The position numbers and the translations under genes were made by a program. Below, one piece after another: positions 62,480 to 64,000 of a stretch of 64,000 nucleotides of DNA (its first letter is position 1; each line of letters starts with the position of its first letter). The stretch lies in assembly GCA_011109175.1 (NCBI GenBank), contig RDEW01000001.1, positions 1,502,360-1,566,359 of the forward strand, written 5' to 3'. The notes beneath the pieces are model-generated. The model saw only the letters and a program-made list of their open reading frames with translations. It had not been told where the DNA came from and made no database searches. Source of the DNA: Dicyema japonicum (taxonomy: Eukaryota; Animalia; Dicyemida).

Positions 62480-63230
62480 CGATATTTCTCCTTTCGAATT
62501 TTTTATCTATCAAATTAAACTATTTAAAACTACCGCCACGCGATTATTCGATAAAATATTAATTATTTTCTGCAACTGGATAATACTTATTTATTGATTT
62601 TTAAATTCAGATCCATTGTCCGACTGAAGAAATTTACATGGCCCATTCAGGCGGAACAAAGATCTTAAGTTTTCACATACTTCTTTACCAGACTTATTAT
62701 AGAGTGGTCGTACAAAAGCGAATCTATAAATTAAAAAAAAAAAACCAGCCTACTATATATGTCAATGACCGTTAAAAATCCATTTGAAATTTTCTTTTAA
62801 TGTTGAAAAATTTTTTCAGGTCTATTAGATCTACCTGAAAACGTTCATTTGGAAAAGAAGCAAACACATGGTGATTTATATCTCCAATTATAAAAAATCA
62901 CGAACTTTTAAAAGACGCGAAAATTTACAGACTTCACAATTTCGAATGACTTTTCTGATAATCTCATTCTCTACAGTGAAGTATCTTTGTCGACATTCAT
63001 ACTCAATTTATTGACTCCTCCATGTGAAAACTCGTGCAACGATTTCGCAACATGCTCCATTTCGGTTTCATTATCCAGGGATATGACTAACTTGGGATCA
63101 GTTGATTTAAGATACAGTCTAAAATTATTGAAAATTTACAATACCTGTCATTGATAATATAAAATTCTCTATCTTCTTACAAGCCTATATTTTCGGTGCC
63201 TCGGGAAGATTTTCGGGAAATTTATCATGC
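62480..63230 (-). pseudogene. Retroviral-type integrase/transposase with micro-introns, frameshifted
   Basis: HEFSHGG...CEVC zinc finger, PNERFQVDLIDL, LTVIDIYSR|FAFVRPL and LQSDNGSEF. Introns are 63119-63144 (GT-AG, 26 nt) and 62724-62749 (GC-AG, 26 nt). Confidence 0.8.
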
Positions 63231-63322
63231 AAAGCATCTTTTAAAGTTTGATATTCAACTCAATCTTTCAACTCAAAAAAATGTAACAGGCTGCCCATGC
63301 GTTACGCGCCGCCCATGTGACA

Positions 63323-64000
63323 TATTATCAAGACCAGCCGCTTTCCTGTAGTTTAGTTTTCCTATTGCCTTGATAGTTTCCGCGATAATAATGGGGCAGT
63401 TAAGAGGAGCCGTTGATGTTATTGGAGATTTGTTTTCAATTTCTTAATTGTTAAAGATGTCATAGTAGTGTGAAGAGACTATGTTCGCTTTTCAATAACA
63501 TTCAATACTGATCGTCCATGTTGGTCGTGAATAACAATATTCCTGGTCGTTTCTTTTTGCTAATAATCGAATGGCTTTGAACATTTTGGATCCGTTCTTA
63601 TATTTCTTGATTTCATCGACCTGTTCCTCCACTTCCTTTTTTACTTGATATTTTTGAAGTTTTTTGATTTTTGTTAAAATTGAGTTACGAACTATCCTTA
63701 GCTCTTTTTTAGACTCGGTATATTTGAATTATTAATTCTAATCCTCAAATTCTTTTGTTCTGAAGATAAGTATGATATTTCTTCGTTGTTATATTTGAAT
63801 TTGTTTTTGTGAGTAGTCCCCAAAACCAACGACGCGGTATTCTTCATTGCACTCCAACGTCATTCCACAAATCCTGTGGCACTATTGTTTGTATTCATCT
63901 TGCTTAATTCCTTTCTGAGTTTTTCGCCATACTCTTTCATCTTTATTTCATTGCTTATTAGAGTTTCTGTATCCAATCTTTCGAATTCCGTTTTTCCATA
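63323..64000 (-). mobile_element. RTE-like LINE, EN-RT linker (right flank of the Ginger insertion)
   Basis: KMFKAIRLL...ETIKAIGKLNYRKAAGLDN ends exactly at the TIR. Confidence 0.7.

Larger units (their letters stand above)
61363..63322 (-). mobile_element. Ginger-like (integrase-type) DNA transposon
   Basis: The 43-bp TIRs start TGTCACATGGGC (61363-61405 and 63280-63322) and match at 37/43. The 5-bp TSD TATTA is perfect (61358-61362, 63323-63327). The element encodes an HHCC/DDE integrase. Confidence 0.85.

Overview
This is AT-rich eukaryotic nuclear DNA read in the standard genetic code. It is almost certainly metazoan (protocadherin-like gene, HSL, XPO6) and from an organism with motile cilia (CFAP53). 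Every intron I could place by restoring conserved protein motifs is 22-29 nt, and all three in the ARF gene are exactly 23 nt. Together these best fit a dicyemid-like lineage; this is inference, not a database result. The genes are ARF GTPase, hormone-sensitive lipase, a TSEN15-like gene absent from the ORF track, XPO6, CFAP53, NOC2L and tRNA-Thr(AGT). There are also disrupted, intron-containing copies of a protocadherin, a SMYD-like gene and HSP90B1/GRP94. Much of the rest is transposon debris: CRE-, R4/NeSL-, RTE- and I/Jockey/CR1-like non-LTR fragments, hAT-Charlie, and Tigger/pogo. I delimited several DNA elements by hand from their TIRs and TSDs. The most notable is a Ginger-like (integrase-type) element, 61363-63322, whose integrase is split by host-sized micro-introns. 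Others are a GG-terminal element with an 8-bp TSD nested in an R4-like element and carrying an R4-like 3' end, a MITE family with an internal 60-bp tandem array, and two unannotated SINE-like families, one sharing its 3' end with a local LINE. Single-base homopolymer indels also occur in probably essential genes (CFAP53, XPO6), so some frameshifts are likely assembly errors. Boundaries of decayed TE fragments are approximate (about +/-50 bp). No searches were run; family names come from recognising motifs.
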